From Octopus sinensis (Eukaryota): a DNA stretch of 64,000 nucleotides. The stretch lies in assembly GCF_006345805.1 (NCBI RefSeq), contig NW_021831847.1, forward strand, positions 248,001 through 312,000, given 5' to 3'. Below are positions 36,479 to 50,429 of the stretch, in pieces. The notes beneath the pieces are model-generated. The model worked only from the letters and a program-made list of their open reading frames with translations, was not told the origin of the DNA and made no database searches. The first letter of the stretch is position 1. Each line of letters starts with the position of its first letter. Made by a program: the position numbers and the translations under genes.

Positions 36479-37981
36479 TTATGAACAATCAACAGAAAGC
36501 ACCCTGAGACCCCTTTTGCCTGCGACAGTCATATCCATTCTGGTCTTGCACCAACGAATGCACTCCACACTCATGTCCTCCAACTCCACGACAGAGGGAC
36601 CCTTCTCCTCCCAAAAATAAATCCGAGACCCCCCGGTCGACAGAACCAGTCTCTGCTGTGTGTGATGCCAGGAGGCCACCACAATTGGCTGACACTGCCA
36701 CAACACTCCCACCAACTGGAGAGTAGTCATCGACCAAATCCACAAAATGCACGGAAATGAGTCTGGACATGAAAACGGACAAACACCGTTCACGGACAAA
36801 AGATACGTGTCCTCGGGAGAAAACTGCAAAAATCGGGTTCCCGTCTTGGGGGTGGCTCGATTGGGGTCACTGGGCACCGTCGGGAGGGTCACGGCCGTCG
36901 AAACACACTCGTCTTTAATAAAATACAAAATGAGGACATTTCGAACACGTTCCGTCGACGGTGACTTCGCGGAAAACGGGAAACAAATCTCCCCTCACCT
37001 TCCGTTCATATTCCCACTCGACAATCACCCGCCACGTAAGATTGTTGAGAATCCTGACCTTAAAAGTGTCGGAAAATCAACAACTGTCTTGTCGAAGGCT
37101 CCCACGGCCAGGAGTTGTCCCGTCGAATTCCAAATCACGGATTTGACTCCGAGAGCATTTTCATACGGACTGAATGTGCCCAACATGTTTCCCGAGCAAG
37201 TATAGATAAGTACAGTGAACTATAAATAATGACAGGAAAGTACACTGAGACAACTCGTCCATGCACAAATGACCCTTCCTTGGGGACACCAGCGGATTCC
37301 GTTGATGTCATCGTTTTCCGTTTTGAAGGACTGTCGGTGAGACACACCGCTTACTTTGAGCAACTGCCATTTCCAGCAACCGAATATGCTGATGTGGTCC
37401 TTCAGTTCCCGTCGTTCTACCACTGCCAAATATTTCCCGTCAGGACTGAAATCCCTCCCTGTCGACTGGGGAAATGGCCTTACCATTTGTACAATTCTTA
37501 GGCCAGTTGATGTAATAAAAGTCGTGACTAACAATCGACCAAATCGTTATTTTACTCTATCAATGATTAATATATAAATACATATAATTCTGCAACTGTG
37601 AGTATATGAGAACTATCCGGGGCCCAGAGTGCAGAGTTCAGTCCGACACTTCCCTCATCAATTCTGCAAAACCAGTCGGGATCCTCCAATCGGAAAACTT
37701 GGACAATCCCTCGGTCAGTGAGCCCGCACAGAATAAGCTTAGAATTGGGAGACCACTTAAATATTCAACTTGACCAAACCTCCATTTGTTGGATTTTATC
37801 GAGGCACGTGAATATCCGTTCGATTTTGAGAGTGGACGTGTGGACTACTGTCAGCTTGAACTGGAAGACATATGCCTGCAGTTATAGTCCTCGAATAAAC
37901 CAGGAATTTGCTATTGGGCGAGTAGGCGTGCAGGTTCTTGCTTATTTTTATTAAATCACTCACAGGACGTGCGACTGTCAT
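36479..37981 (-). CDS. WRAP73: WD40 protein WRAP73/WDR8 (centriolar, ciliogenesis)
   Basis: AYSPNSKFL, FSPDGKYLAVVERRELKDHISIF, WSLGVKSVIW, FSPEDTYLLSVN..LWIWSM, RLVLSTGGSRIYFW. Confidence 0.85.
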
Positions 37982-38095
37982 AGTTATTTGTTTTGTTGGA
38001 ATTTATTCAGAAATAATAATTTTTTATTTTATACAAAAATTAGTGTTCTTCACTGAGAGCGATATTCCTCACTTTACTACTGTAAATATTTCTGA

Positions 38096-39403
38096 GTGAT
38101 ACTTATTCCAGGAGGCCACCACACTCATCCCGATGCAAAAGGCCAACAAAACCTCCGGACCGGTGGAAAATCTCTGTCCCGTAATACTACTGAAACCCTA
38201 AGAAAACTTTTCTCACTCATTACACTCGGTCGCATAACCCGAACTGTCAATGAATATCTCTCCCCCAGTCACAGCGGATTCAGGGCTGGAAGATCCACAG
38301 CTGATATAGTCTGGAGTCACAGATGGCGCTGCGCTGTCCAGCAAAAATTTAAAAAATCTACGGCTATCCTTGGTATCGATATGTCAAAGGCTTTTGACTG
38401 TGTCCGTCGTGACCTACTTATCGGGGTTCTGGAAAGCTTCCTAGAGGTGGATGAAGTGAGAATGATACGATTACTACTTGCTAAGACAGAACTTTCTGTT
38501 CGTATTGGGTCAGTCTCCTCAAGGCGGTTCAAAACGAATGTCGGCACGCCTCAGGGAGACTCTCTCCCCCCTGCTATTTGTAATCTATCTGGAAGATTTG
38601 AGAACTTTCTATAATGATTCTATCACCGAAATTGCATATGCCGACGATGTGGACTTTGCCTCGGACAACATAGATGATCTAATCCATCTACTAAACAATT
38701 CCCACGGGTGCTTAACAAATGGTTTCTGATAATTAACACTTCCAAAACTGAATTGACGGAGATAAAACGAATGGACACCAGAATTGGCGAAACATGGAGG
38801 AATGCCAACAAACTCGGCTCCCTACTTGGAGATAGTGAAGACATTTCTCGTAGAAAGATGCTTGCTACCGCGGCTCTGAGCAGAATACGTAAAAAATGGC
38901 TCCAAGCTTGGCCGATAAATCGGGCTCTCAGATCAAGGCTTTATAATGCATTCGTAAAGCCTGTTCTACTATACAACTCGTCAACATGGGGGATCTCGGA
39001 CACTGAACTGAAGACTATAGACTCTTTTCACCGTAAACAACTACGTCTCTTACACGGAATACACTGGCCATCAAAAATTAACAATCTATCTCTGTATAAA
39101 CATTACGATGCTACGCCGTTGTCTCAAGAAATCGTTGGAGGCCGGTGGAAATTATTTGGCCATATTTTGCGAATGGACCCCAGAGCTCCGGCCAATCGGG
39201 CAATGGACGATTATTTCTCCGAACATGGAGACAAATATCGTGGAAGACCTAGATCCACTCTTCTGGCAGTTCTGGCGAGGGATCTCAAACTTCATGGCAA
39301 AAGTTTCAAAAACTCGGACGACCTAGAATCTTTGCGGGATCTCGCCCGCAAACCAAATTCACTACATCTAAACCAAAAATGCATCGAAATCTTTAATAAA
39401 TAG
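38096..39403 (+). mobile_element. RTE-like non-LTR retrotransposon, 5'-truncated (RT and C-terminus), few frameshifts
   Basis: SGFRAGRSTAD, GIDMSKAFD, GTPQGDSL, AYADDV, LGSLLG, LLYNSSTW, LFGHILR, YRGRPR. Confidence 0.88.
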
Positions 39404-41346
39404 TAAATTTGCATAAAATAAACTGAAAAATAAAAGAAAAGGACCTTCCTACAAATCATCGAAAATCGATCTCTAATATGTCGATAATTGTGGAAAATGA
39501 TGGAATGATGATCCACAAAATGTGGGAATGTTATATTTTGTTCACAATCAAAACCTATTCTGTGACACCATCTAATCAGAGTGCAATCATTGCAACTTTG
39601 CTGAATGAACGTTGACCACTTGGCTACTGGTTGGATTTTCAACAGTGATTATTTCCCAAGACACAATCGAGTCATCAGACGGATGCATATGCATCTTAAT
39701 GCATCGTAATACACTCAAAGTAGATGATAATGGGTATATTCTAAGTACTTTGGAAAGGAAAATGCCAAACTATTATGGAAGGTGAATAATGAATTGAGTG
39801 GATTTACGGTTATTTCTAATTAATTGACTGGAAATTAAGTTAATACGAAAAATAAATGTTTTCTTTTGTCGTTTTTTGAAGCAACAAAATTATTTGTAAC
39901 AATTTTAAATTTTACATACTCTCATATTATCTTTTTTGTTATTAGAATTTTCATTTATAAATGCATTATCATTTTCTTTTTTTCACATTCCAAAATTTGA
40001 AAAATCATGCGGACTCCAAGTTCCACTGCAATACCCACTGCGGAACCGGATTTTCTTGGGAGGAACTCACACGCAAGAAAAAAGAATAACAAGTGAAGGT
40101 CATTTCCTTTGTCCTCGATTAATTAACATTATGTAGTCTTTACTTATATAAAGTGTGCTTTCTCCCTATTCGGGGCTATAAATAAACTCTCGTGATAAGG
40201 TTAATAAACTTCTGTTTTGGGGCACGAGAGTTTAGACTGCAATTTCATTTTTTACAATTTTAAAATGCCTCAAAATTTCTGCAACTTGTATCGATTTGTC
40301 ATTTTACTCTGCCAAAATGTTGGTAAAAAACAAAATGCCTCAAAAGCCGAAGATGCCCTACTCTGATATCTGGTCCAATTTCGAATCATACTGTATCTTT
40401 TTCAGGAAGGATTCATTCTGTATGTTTACAAATTTCCATACTAGGTCCTATGAAAAGCTAACAGAGCACGTTAAAGTTCCATAAATTGGCCTAAACTTGT
40501 TCATGAAATACATTTTTCAATTGTAGCGTTTTCTATGAATTTTTGATTTGAAATATCGGGACATTTTTAGGAAAAAAATAACATTCTTTCCGTTAGATCA
40601 GTAGATAGTCCTAAAAACATTTTTGCTCAATTTTGATATTACAGATGTCTTTGTTATTGTGTTTAAATTTCAATTTGCACCATAATAAGTGAACATATGG
40701 TCTCAAAGCTTCATTCCAGAATTCCAGAGTTTTTAAGAACTCCAATTAAAAAGTGATGATTCACAAATCTTTCCTAATGTTCACCCAAGAAGTGAATAAA
40801 TAATTTTTATTTACTTTATTCAATGATTTGCTAAGAGTTTTATCTTTGGCACTCTGCCTCTCCTCTCTATTTCATTCTCAGGTGTATCTCGGCTGTCGGC
40901 TCTTTTAAAGAAGCCGCAAGCCACGATAAAATACAAGAAGGGTTCCCTGTGCTTTTGGAGTTCCTGCCATTGCTTTTTCCAAGAGCCTATGTATCTAATG
41001 CTTGGAAGATCACCGAAATGAGAATGAGTAAAACTTAAACTTCTGATGCATTCGCTTGATGCTAAAATTGTCGAGACAAATGGAAATAATTATGACGATG
41101 CTTTACAACAGCAATGGGTCTTTCACGCTGCTCTTAGCTGCTGTGCCTGCATACTAAGCATGCAATTAACAGTTATGAATGTGACTGATGACTGCAAGTT
41201 AACTTAAAAAAAGTGCCCAGTTAGTAAAACTTCATGACTTTGATTAATAAAGAATTATTAATTAAACACTATTAAGACTATCCTCGTTCGTCGAGTTTGT
41301 ACATATTTCTTAAATCGGCAGCACTAATTAATAATTAAATGATTCT

Positions 41347-43103
41347 TTACTTTGGAGGAGGATCTACAAGTTCAATGTTCCACATAGAGTTAACATCTAT
41401 TAGTCTGATAAACCATCTCAAACCTGCACGTGTAGTCCACTTCCAACGACACGCAAACAGGACAACAAGTATCATTGATATGCCAAACAGAACCGTGGCT
41501 CCAATATTGAAATACCACGTAGTCTGAGCCGTATATTCAATTACAACGGTATAGGCATTCTTTTCAGGACCATAAGAAACCATTATCTCTTCAGATAAGT
41601 AACTCACACCGAGTGCAGGACAGTTGATGGAACATTGGTAGTTTCCTGACAATGTCTCATTCTCCAACACGTTTACTGTGTTGATTGTGAGTAGACTAAA
41701 AATATGTAACAAAACATACCCAGAGTTGTTAGAATTAATATTTAAATGATAAACATGTGATTTATTTATTGGCTTAGAATCGAAAAGAAATTGGAATTGG
41801 CATTGATTTGCAATGATGCCGTTGACAAATCCGGAACAATAAAATGTGACTTTCTCATTTCGTGCTATCGGAATTGACGAAAAATTGGTGTCAAATTTAA
41901 CAACATCTACAAAAAATTACAACAAAAATCGACCGTGGTTAATTATTCTAGCAGAAGAGTGAATATTAGGGCTATATTTATAATTAGTTTTACAGCTGAC
42001 GGATCCACTTGTAGTCCTTTTAGTAAGAAGAAACAAGTCTTTGGTTTCATCTGATGAATTAAACATTGAGATATACCCTGAGTAACACCATCAACAATCC
42101 AGGAAATAGGAGAATTAAGAAATTCTCCATTACTGTTATCGACAAATCGGCACAAGAACGAACAAGTCGAATTTTGTTCGTTTACGACACAATCTTTCAT
42201 TGAGTCTTTTGTGAGGGAATATCCTATTGGAGTCGAATTATAATCTGTTACGTGACTGGAAGAGTCTATATTTTGCTTCGAAATTTCCAAAAGAGCAAGT
42301 AGTCACGCCATTGTTTGTTGAATATTTGATTTCGGAACGATTACTAGATTTTCAAAATATATAATTTACGTCATTCCACTGAAAAAACAAGATTCGAAAC
42401 GATGCCAAATTATGTTATGAATTCCCTCAGCAGGAGGATACTGAAAAATGTTGACAATGGCTTGATAATCAGAAATATAGCAAATACCGTTTTGTTTAAT
42501 AACAGTATACAAAGGAGAAGTCAAAATGGAGTCTGTTTCTGTCGTTAATGAGCATTGAAAAGTGACGTACTGCCTCTGGTTAAATTTAAATCTGCTGATC
42601 ATCAAATATCCTAAAAATAATTGACTGGAGTGAACCTTTTTTAATATTTGTAGATATAAAGCTTTCGGAATATATACTGCAGTGCATAACAAAGTCCACC
42701 AGATCAGGTACAGTCACAATCCTGAGTTCAATAGACCCTCCATCGCTCAGTAAATACTCTGAACTGGCGGTGAAATGGAATACTATATTACATATAATAA
42801 TCTAACATGTATTTCTGTGAATGTCATATCTCGGACCAATTAAAGTACTACAATTGTTTTGTACTTGACAATAAAATGGGCCTTCTTTTTGGCTTTTTGT
42901 CTCCCTAACACTTAGTTATGAATGACATTACATTCCAGGATCACTAACAATGGGGCATTCTATTTTGTAGTCCAATGTATTTGAGGACCACACATCAGTG
43001 ATTATTCTTTTGTTAAATGAGAGTGGGACACAATCTAAGGAGTCAAACAAAGCCAGTCACCCTTTAAAAATACTAGGGAAGGAAAAATTAATAAAAAGAA
43101 CAT
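41347..43103 (-). CDS. Type I membrane protein with Ig-like extracellular domains (orphan-like)
   Basis: MFFLLIFPSLVFLK signal peptide plus 26-nt intron; C...W...SGNYQC Ig-type spacing; TM IGATVLFGISMILVVLFAC. Exon structure only partly resolved. Confidence 0.55.
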
Positions 43104-43262
43104 TTTTTGTATTTCATGACGCTATTTTTTTAATAAGTGAATTTTATTAGGAAATAACAACAAAGGAAGTACCTAAAATTCCTAATCAAGAGTTAATCCC
43201 AAAAATGCTAATTCTTTCAACTTGCTAAAATTAATTAAAGACCAAGTGGTGCTTTCTGTACT

Positions 43263-45300
43263 ATGAATTTTTGTAGCATCTGCAATACTTCGAACAGTCG
43301 AAAACGCTGGATTTACAGTGCAACCCGTTCAAACTCTTCCTGTGCCAAAATGACCAAAAGAACGATGCCTGCTATTTCCACCTCGAATTGTTTTTCATGC
43401 TTGGGAATAGACCGAAGCAATCCAGTATGTCGTCTGAACCCTTCGGACTGGGTGCCGTCCGACCCTATTTCCATGCTGAAGCTCAAATCGGAAAGGCGTA
43501 AATCTCGCAAAATCCCTGTGAAGATTCCCAAGGCACCACGAGCTGCTGTAGCCGATGCTTTATCAACATGCATTCCGATTTTGTCTAAAGACGGACAGGA
43601 CTGGATCCATCTTCTGAGCTTTGCTCTCTGGGTTCTCGGTGCCTCTATGAAATCTGATACGACATCTTTAGCCACCCGAATGAAAAAAAACATCTACTCC
43701 TTCATGGCTCGGGAATACTGCTTAGACTAGTCCCCGCCTCAATCAATCATCAAAGTCACACAAACAGACTCAAAGCCACAAACATAAAGGCCCAGAGGCC
43801 CAACAATCTGCTTACGCAAAATAATCCAGCCAAAATGACCAAAAGAACGATGCCTGCTATTTCCACCTCGAATTGTTTTTCATGCTTGGGAATAGACCGA
43901 AGCAATCCAGTATGTCGTCTGAACCCTTCGGACTGAGTGCCGTCCGACCCTATTTCCATGCTGAAGCTCAAATCAGAAAGGCGTAAATCTCGCAAAATCC
44001 CTGTGAAGATCCCAAGGCACCACGAGCTGCTGTAGCCGATGCTTTATCACATGCATTCCGATTTTGTCTAAAGACGGACAGGACTGGATCCATCTTCTGA
44101 GCTTTGCTCTCTGGGTTCTCGGTGCCTCTATGAAATCTGATACGACATCTTTAGCCACCCGAATGAAAAAAAACATCTACTCCTTCATGGCTCGGGAATA
44201 CTGCTTAGACTAGTCCCCGCCTCAATCAATCATCAAAGTCACACAAACAGACTCAAAGCCACAAACATAAAGGCCCAGAGGCCCAACAAATCTGCTTACG
44301 CAAAATAATCCACTCGAAACTTAGCGAGGACAAGGTACGGGCAGCCCTCAGAGTTATCTCGTTTGACAATGGACCACTCAATCCGTCTCGGTCAGTCCTC
44401 AAGGCTTTACTCTAAAAACATTCACTTTCACCCTCGGATCTACGCGTCTATCCCAACCCGGCCAAACAACCGCCTTAATTTTTTCGGACGAAGATGTTTC
44501 TATGGGGATCCGATGGACTGCGCCCCGACATCTGAAAGACCTAATTTCCCATACCGTGGGTGAGCTCGGCACACGTCTGCTCAAATCAATTACTTGCCTG
44601 ATAAGTCTGCCGGATGCTATTCGGCATATACTCCTCTTAGCCGATCTCAAAAAATGCAGAGGGATCTGCCCAATTGCGACCGGCTTTGTCTTCCATCGAC
44701 TTGCAGCAAGATTGCATGCAAGAAAATTATTCCCTCCATCGCTGCAAAACTCAGCCGAGTCCTGGAAGTTGCGAATCTGCAGTTCATGCTATTCCCACAT
44801 TCTCAGATGCATGCAAGAAATCTTCATTTCCTAACATATTGATCAAACTAGACATCAGAAATGCTTTAAACAGTATCCAACGGAACCGAGTTTTGGAGGC
44901 TTGATCTGAGCATTGTCTTTCATTATTTGACCTAACTTTCCTGAAGTGTGGAGGGAACAAGCCCTTGACTTACCTGAGGATCGAATGTCTCAAAGAGCCT
45001 GGATCTAATAGAATGTATCAAACTTTCAATCTGCTACTCAAATCGTCCAACGAACATTGCTGCGCTTGGCTATTTTCGGCAGCATTCCCGGCTAGTAAAG
45101 TTTGGCTTTGCGTATTCTCGAACGCCTCATCCGGCACCCTTGATGACGAATCGGTAAGGATTAGAATATCTCTGCGCCTTGGGTTAAAGCAATGTATCCT
45201 TTCGGATAAGTTTTTAGTGCTGCTGATTGTGGTGGAGACATCAGTTGCTCTTGATCCAATGACGGACTTGATAAAATTAAAATGATTGCTGTTTTTTCGA
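43263..45300 (+). mobile_element. Degenerate CRE element retaining its N-terminal region
   Basis: KIPKAPRAAVADALS...WIHLLSF, SKLSEDKVRAALR, DGLRPRHLKDLI, KLDIRNALNSIQR, RISLRLG. Confidence 0.75.
43345..44311. repeat. About 484-bp tandem duplication inside the CRE element
   Basis: 43345-43828 is nearly identical to 43829-44311; 2 substitutions and 3 single-base indels seen. Confidence 0.92.
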
Positions 45301-45359
45301 ATAAATTTGGAAAAGTCAATTTAGACGTTAATTAAGACTAATATTGTTTTAGTTAGTTA

Positions 45360-45460
45360 CCCCGACCTCTCTAGCTTGTAGGAGGCCCGCTGTCCTCAGG
45401 CGCTCAGCAGCGAATGCTGATCCAGGCTCGTTGAGACAATCGCTATTTTCGAAAAAGTTG
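45360..45460 (-). mobile_element. Short CRE fragment
   Basis: ccaggctcgttgagaca is shared with the CRE copy at about 26.9 kb. Confidence 0.5.
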
Positions 45461-46343
45461 GAAAAATTCAGATTTGAATTAAAAAAGCCAATCAAAAGAA
45501 TTCTTGATTACTTTGTTAAAAAACTTGAACAAATGTAACAGAATATTCACTGTACTTGTTTCAAGCACCCGGCATGACGTACTACAGAAAAGACAAACTT
45601 GAAAAACCATCCGATTAACATCAGTATATTCTTTGCAAGCAGAATTAAAAGGCCCTACTAAAAAATTAGAGGTTATATGGTGAATTTGAAACCAACAGCG
45701 ATTATAAACTTGTTGTTGCTTGGCTAATAGTTAACAGAATACGTAAAAACTCAGTGGCATCGTTTAAGTACGATACGGAAAGGTATTGCGACAAAACTTT
45801 AACAATCGTGGATATTGTATATCTCTGAGAAATTTCATCACCTTTATTGACGAAGAAAATATGGAAGGAAATACTCGTCGCCTAATAAAGAATCTGATTT
45901 TTGAAATTTGAGTTCACAGAACAACAAACCGACAGTGATTAATTAGACTATGGTCTTTTCTTGTTGTTAACACCAGTATCTTTTACTGGATATGAAATCA
46001 TTAACTTCGTTATACTATTCCTGCTGATCAAAACACTATCTATCACTCGGTAATCACTCGATAGATATCAGAACTGCAAATTTTTTAAACAAAAATAATT
46101 GGTAACTTAATTTTCTTTTGAAGATATGACTCATTTCGGATTTGTCACTAAAAAAACATTGTTAAAATCGGTTTAATGTCAAGTTTTTATTGCATTAGTT
46201 TTCTTCTTTGAATCAGTAACGACTCTATAATAAAATATATGGGTGAAGTTGTTAAAATTTTCGTTCTTAAGTCAAATTTTAAAAATTAGAAAATAATAAT
46301 TTTAAAAGTTAATAAGTTTTATATTTTGAAATCGACTTGAAAC

Positions 46344-46455
46344 CAGCGCATCGCTTTGGCCATTGTTCGCGGCAACGCACACTGCGTCCTTGCCGCTGGC
46401 ACATAACGCTTTTCTTCTATTTCTGTGTTTAGAATAAATATTTCTCTCAAAAAAA
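46344..46455 (+). mobile_element. 112-bp CRE 3' stub
   Basis: QRIALAIVRGNAHCVLAAGT*; short A tail; direct repeat ACTTGAAAC (46335-46343, 46456-46464). Confidence 0.75.
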
Positions 46456-46914
46456 ACTTGAAACATAAAGTTCAATCCATGAAGAATTATCAAATCACAA
46501 CCAAGTTAACACAGAGAGACCTAAGCCCAATAAATTTTGAAAATATGGTATTGGAACCAGCACTGTATCGGATATCCAAAAAAACTCTAAAAAATATTTG
46601 GACATATATGATGCCAATTGAAACAGAAAGAAAAAACGTTTTGAAAATAATTTAAGTTTGAAAATCTAAATAAACTCATCTGTGAATGGCTTTAGAGAGC
46701 TAGATCTTTTCACTATGTGATATCTGGACCTATTATTTAGGCGAAGGCACGTGTGACACAGAAAATCCAGCCAGGTATTTCAGCGTGTCTTTTTGGCAAT
46801 TGTATACGAAAATTGTATTGCAATTCGCTGCGCCTAAAGGTCTCATCTTTTCTTTCCCATTAAATATCTTTTTTAAAATAAGTATAGAAATTGAACAACA
46901 TATTAAAATAAAAT

Positions 46915-47133
46915 TTAAAATCCAAAAGAAGTATTTTTGTGAGTAAAAAGTGGGTTGTCCCCAACGTATTCTCCGGTTGTCATCGAATCACAGTTATTAA
47001 GGAACTCAGCACTTCCCCATTGAGGAAACTGCATTCCATTGACAGGATAACTCTGAGGGGCGTAGTAATACAAGTCTTGGTATAACCCTCCCTCGGTGTA
47101 ATACTGGTAGGGATAATAATAGTTGTAGTTCAT
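46915..47133 (-). CDS. Tyr/Pro/Gln-rich ORF, possible exon of an unidentified gene
   Basis: MNYNYYYPYQYYTEGGLYQDLYYYAPQSYP; GC-richer than its flanks. Confidence 0.35.
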   Translation of the reverse strand: MNYNYYYPYQYYTEGGLYQDLYYYAPQSYPVNGMQFPQWGSAEFLNNCDSMTTGEYVGDNPLFTHKNTSFGF

Positions 47134-47649
47134 TTCGTTTGTATAATTTTCGTGCAAAAAATTAGTATTCAGGGTTAATTGAGAAGAATTAGTGTCCGCA
47201 AGTGATTGAGCGGGAACTGAGGGATTTCTGATACATTAAAACAACTAAAATCTTACTTTTTTTCTAAGTTCAAATTTGAAGGATATTGTTCTTTTAATTC
47301 TTGATTTTTAATTAATTTCTTAGAATTTAAATATCACGTGGAATACTTTATTTTTTCTTGGTTTTTTAGGACCATTTCTTTTCTCGTAAAAGTATACTTT
47401 TACTAAATTTTTAGAGTTTATATAAATTGGATTTGTTCTGGAAATTTCAGACATTGTGGCAGGTTAAGTGCACGTTATTTATATAACAAAACGAGATGTA
47501 AGGAAGTAAATAAATTTAATTCCTTCCAACGTTTAGGTTTCCCAAAGAATTGATACTCAATAATTTAATTACGTAAAAATTTGAATTTATAATTAATGTA
47601 AATATAAAAATTTGTCAAAATTATTTTTAATGAAAACAATTAAAAAAAT

Positions 47650-47845
47650 CTAGCTATTAAATACCGGCTCGCAGGATTGAAAGACAATTTCCACGTGAAA
47701 CAGCCAGCGAGATCCTCTGAATAAGGAATATAAATTCCCTGAAATCTCTGAAGCGATGGGTGCACAGACGGCCAAGTTTCTTAAGATGAGCAAGCGTCTT
47801 GGCCCCAAAACACAGGAAGTCTCGACAGCAATTGCCCAAAAGTAA
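47650..47845 (-). mobile_element. CRE 3' fragment
   Basis: KYKDLHDRSYFWAIAVETSCVLGP and FLIQRISLAVSRGNCLSIL. Confidence 0.8.
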
Positions 47846-48389
47846 GATCGATCGTGCAAATCCTTGTATTTTGTCAATTTTATGGATTCGGCCTTTCCGG
47901 CCATTACAGCTATATCCGTATAATGGGTATTTTCTATAACGTATTAAAATTTCATCGCCACTTTCAACTTTATAATCTTTCCATTTTCTTGCTTTTCTAT
48001 CTTTTCCATCTTTCTATTTTGCAATGTTTGCGAGGGCAGTTTTTCTTTTTTGCACAACTTAATAGCCTAATCTAAATAGACAAATACACTATATCGATGA
48101 ATTCTAACTTTAGTTCATTGTCTTCGATATAAAAGAAACGGAATTTTGAGTCATTTTTTGGTGTAAGTATCGTTCTCTTTAAAACTAAATTTTTTTGATA
48201 TATCACTGTATTCTTGCCTTCTCTTCCGAAATTATAGAATTAGAAAAGTGACCTGATTCACAATATTCCTTAATTTTTCCAATGGTGTCATGATTTAGTT
48301 AACTAAACCAATCATTAATTGTAATCCTTTAAACTTTTTAGAGCTTTTTATTGATTAGTTTTTATTTTGTTAGATCCATCGGTCAGGGT

Positions 48390-48640
48390 TCCATTGAGGT
48401 GTCCCCAATGTTGTTTCAAATGGCCTAGAGTACTTGTCTTTTACCCTGACCGATAGATAGGTTTCTGATAAGCATGCCCTGATCATCCAGGTTTTTGACG
48501 ATTGATCAAGTTAAGAACTCTTGACATATCGATTCTGAGATTTTTTGTCGCATTTTTGAACCTTTAAATAGTAGAACATCGCCACGTCGTAGAAGAAGAG
48601 TGCTTATCACTGTTCACGAAGATTTCTATCTGCCAGAAGA
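48390..48640 (-). mobile_element. RTE-like RT fragment
   Basis: Similar at DNA level to 18330-18400; YLSVRVKDKYSRPFETTLGTPQ. Confidence 0.6.
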
Positions 48641-49179
48641 CGATAAAAAACATTTTAAAACGCGTATATATTTCGAGACTGAAAAAGCTTAATTGACTTT
48701 GTTTTTGACATTTTTTGTTTTTTATGTAAATTTTGAAATCTTATTGGTTTTTAAAATTAGGGCTTTGTAAAAGTTAGGGCTCAATAGGCGTTTTTGAGGG
48801 TTGGCTTTTAAAAATAAGGTTTAGTAAACATTAAGGTTTTGTTTGGTTGGGTTCGGTAAAAATTAACGTTATCTTAGGACTTCTGTTGGATAATTTTAAT
48901 TTGTAGTTTTTTCATAAAAGTGATTTTTCTAATTAAAACTGAGTATTTTAATTGGAAAACCTTTAAAAGTAATAAAAACAATAACAAATCAATGGTTTTT
49001 CAAATTTTAAATTAGACTGGTTTTGTTCTTTGTCTAATTTTTCTAAAAGTCACAAAAACCATCCAGGAAGACACTGAACATGTTTAAAATCGGCATAGTT
49101 CAATTTTTTAAATTTTCGATCTTATATTCATAAAAATTTTCATTAATTCATTTAGAGGCTATTTTCGTGCAGGATGAAA

Positions 49180-49700
49180 TGCAAAAGTACCAAAAAGTCT
49201 AATTTCCACCACATCGAATGTTGATATGAATTCTTACAAGGACAAAATAACAGGATTGTAACAACAATTTGACACACGTTTTGAATTTTTTCGTGAACTT
49301 GAAAATGAATTTACTGTTTTTCGATGACCATTCACTGCAAATATTTCTGATCTTGCAACTAACTTACAATCGGTTATGATTGATTTGAAATACGACTCAG
49401 ATCTGAAAAATAAAATTACCATGATAAGCTTAGACTGCTTTTATAAATATTTCTTGCTGAAGTATCCCAACTTTACAGTTTTGAGAGTTTATCAAGCTTT
49501 GGAAGTACATATTTATGTGAACAACTTTTTTCTTCAATGAACATAAACAAAGCAAGTTTTCGATCGAGGCTCACCCACACTCATCTAAGGGAGATTCTAA
49601 GATTGACTTCAATGCCATTCTACATGGTCTTGATGGACATGTCCAAACCGTGTGAGTTGGTCAAGTATGCAATGCGGGGGGAGTGTGGTGGGGGCACTCA
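49180..49700 (+). mobile_element. Degenerate hAT (GTF2IRD2/SPIN-like) transposase C-terminus
   Basis: QFDTRF...PFTANI...FGSTYLCEQLFSSMNINKASFRSRLTHTHL. Confidence 0.75.
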
Positions 49701-50429
49701 GTCGGGTGGGGCCCACCATGGTCAAGCTAATTAAATATAATTATTAGTATTAATTAAGTATTTTAAAGATTCTCTTTTCCATAATTATCTGCTGAAAATG
49801 GGTAGGTCACGTGTACTAACAATTTTCAAACGCAGCCATTGGGCAGAGCCTTTCAACCCAATCTTATTATAATTTTACTAATAAGTGACAATATTTTAGT
49901 ATTTCTTTTATATTTAATGGTCTATTTTTTTTCTTCAGTATTTAAAAAAACTAATTAAACATTGATCTTGGAATTAAGCCTATTTATGTTCAATTTTCTT
50001 GATTTTATACTATTCGGGGAATAATCAACGATGGAAATATTAATAAATATTACTGGCTTGTAAAATATCAAGGATACTGCTGGGATTTAAACGTTTTTAA
50101 ATAATTAATGAAATTCTTGCCTATAGAACATAGATTAGGACTGTTGTCCCTACTCCATCATTAAGGTTGTAATTTGCATATAGCGTTAAAAATATATTAT
50201 TCTACTCTAAAGACAGTCAAAATTAATGACAGAACTGCATAAGCCCTACCTCCAAAAATTGTACTGTATAATGGACTTGATGTAATTAGGAGTGCAAAAA
50301 CTAACAAAAATGAGACTGGGCTTTATAAATATCTACTGCAGAGGTAGTATAGACATACAGATATGTGCCACAACACAGAAATTTCTGAGTACTGTTCACA
50401 TAATAGGAATTGATCTCTTCTGAGCGTAA

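Noticed and set aside
40130-41200. Possible MITE or transposase remnant in AT-rich DNA
   Set aside because: No TIR pair, TSD or recognisable protein motif could be established.
43313-44176. Duplicated small minus-strand gene (MFFFIRVAKD...)
   Set aside because: The plus strand encodes the recognisable CRE N-terminal region; the minus ORFs are shadows.
48378-48455. 12-bp inverted repeat ATCGGTCAGGGT / ACCCTGACCGAT as a possible MITE or terminator
   Set aside because: One arm lies inside an RTE RT fragment; it is most simply a local fold-back at the fragment end, and there is no TSD.
48760-48860. Scattered TTAGGG-like words
   Set aside because: They are too degenerate and not in register to call a telomeric array.
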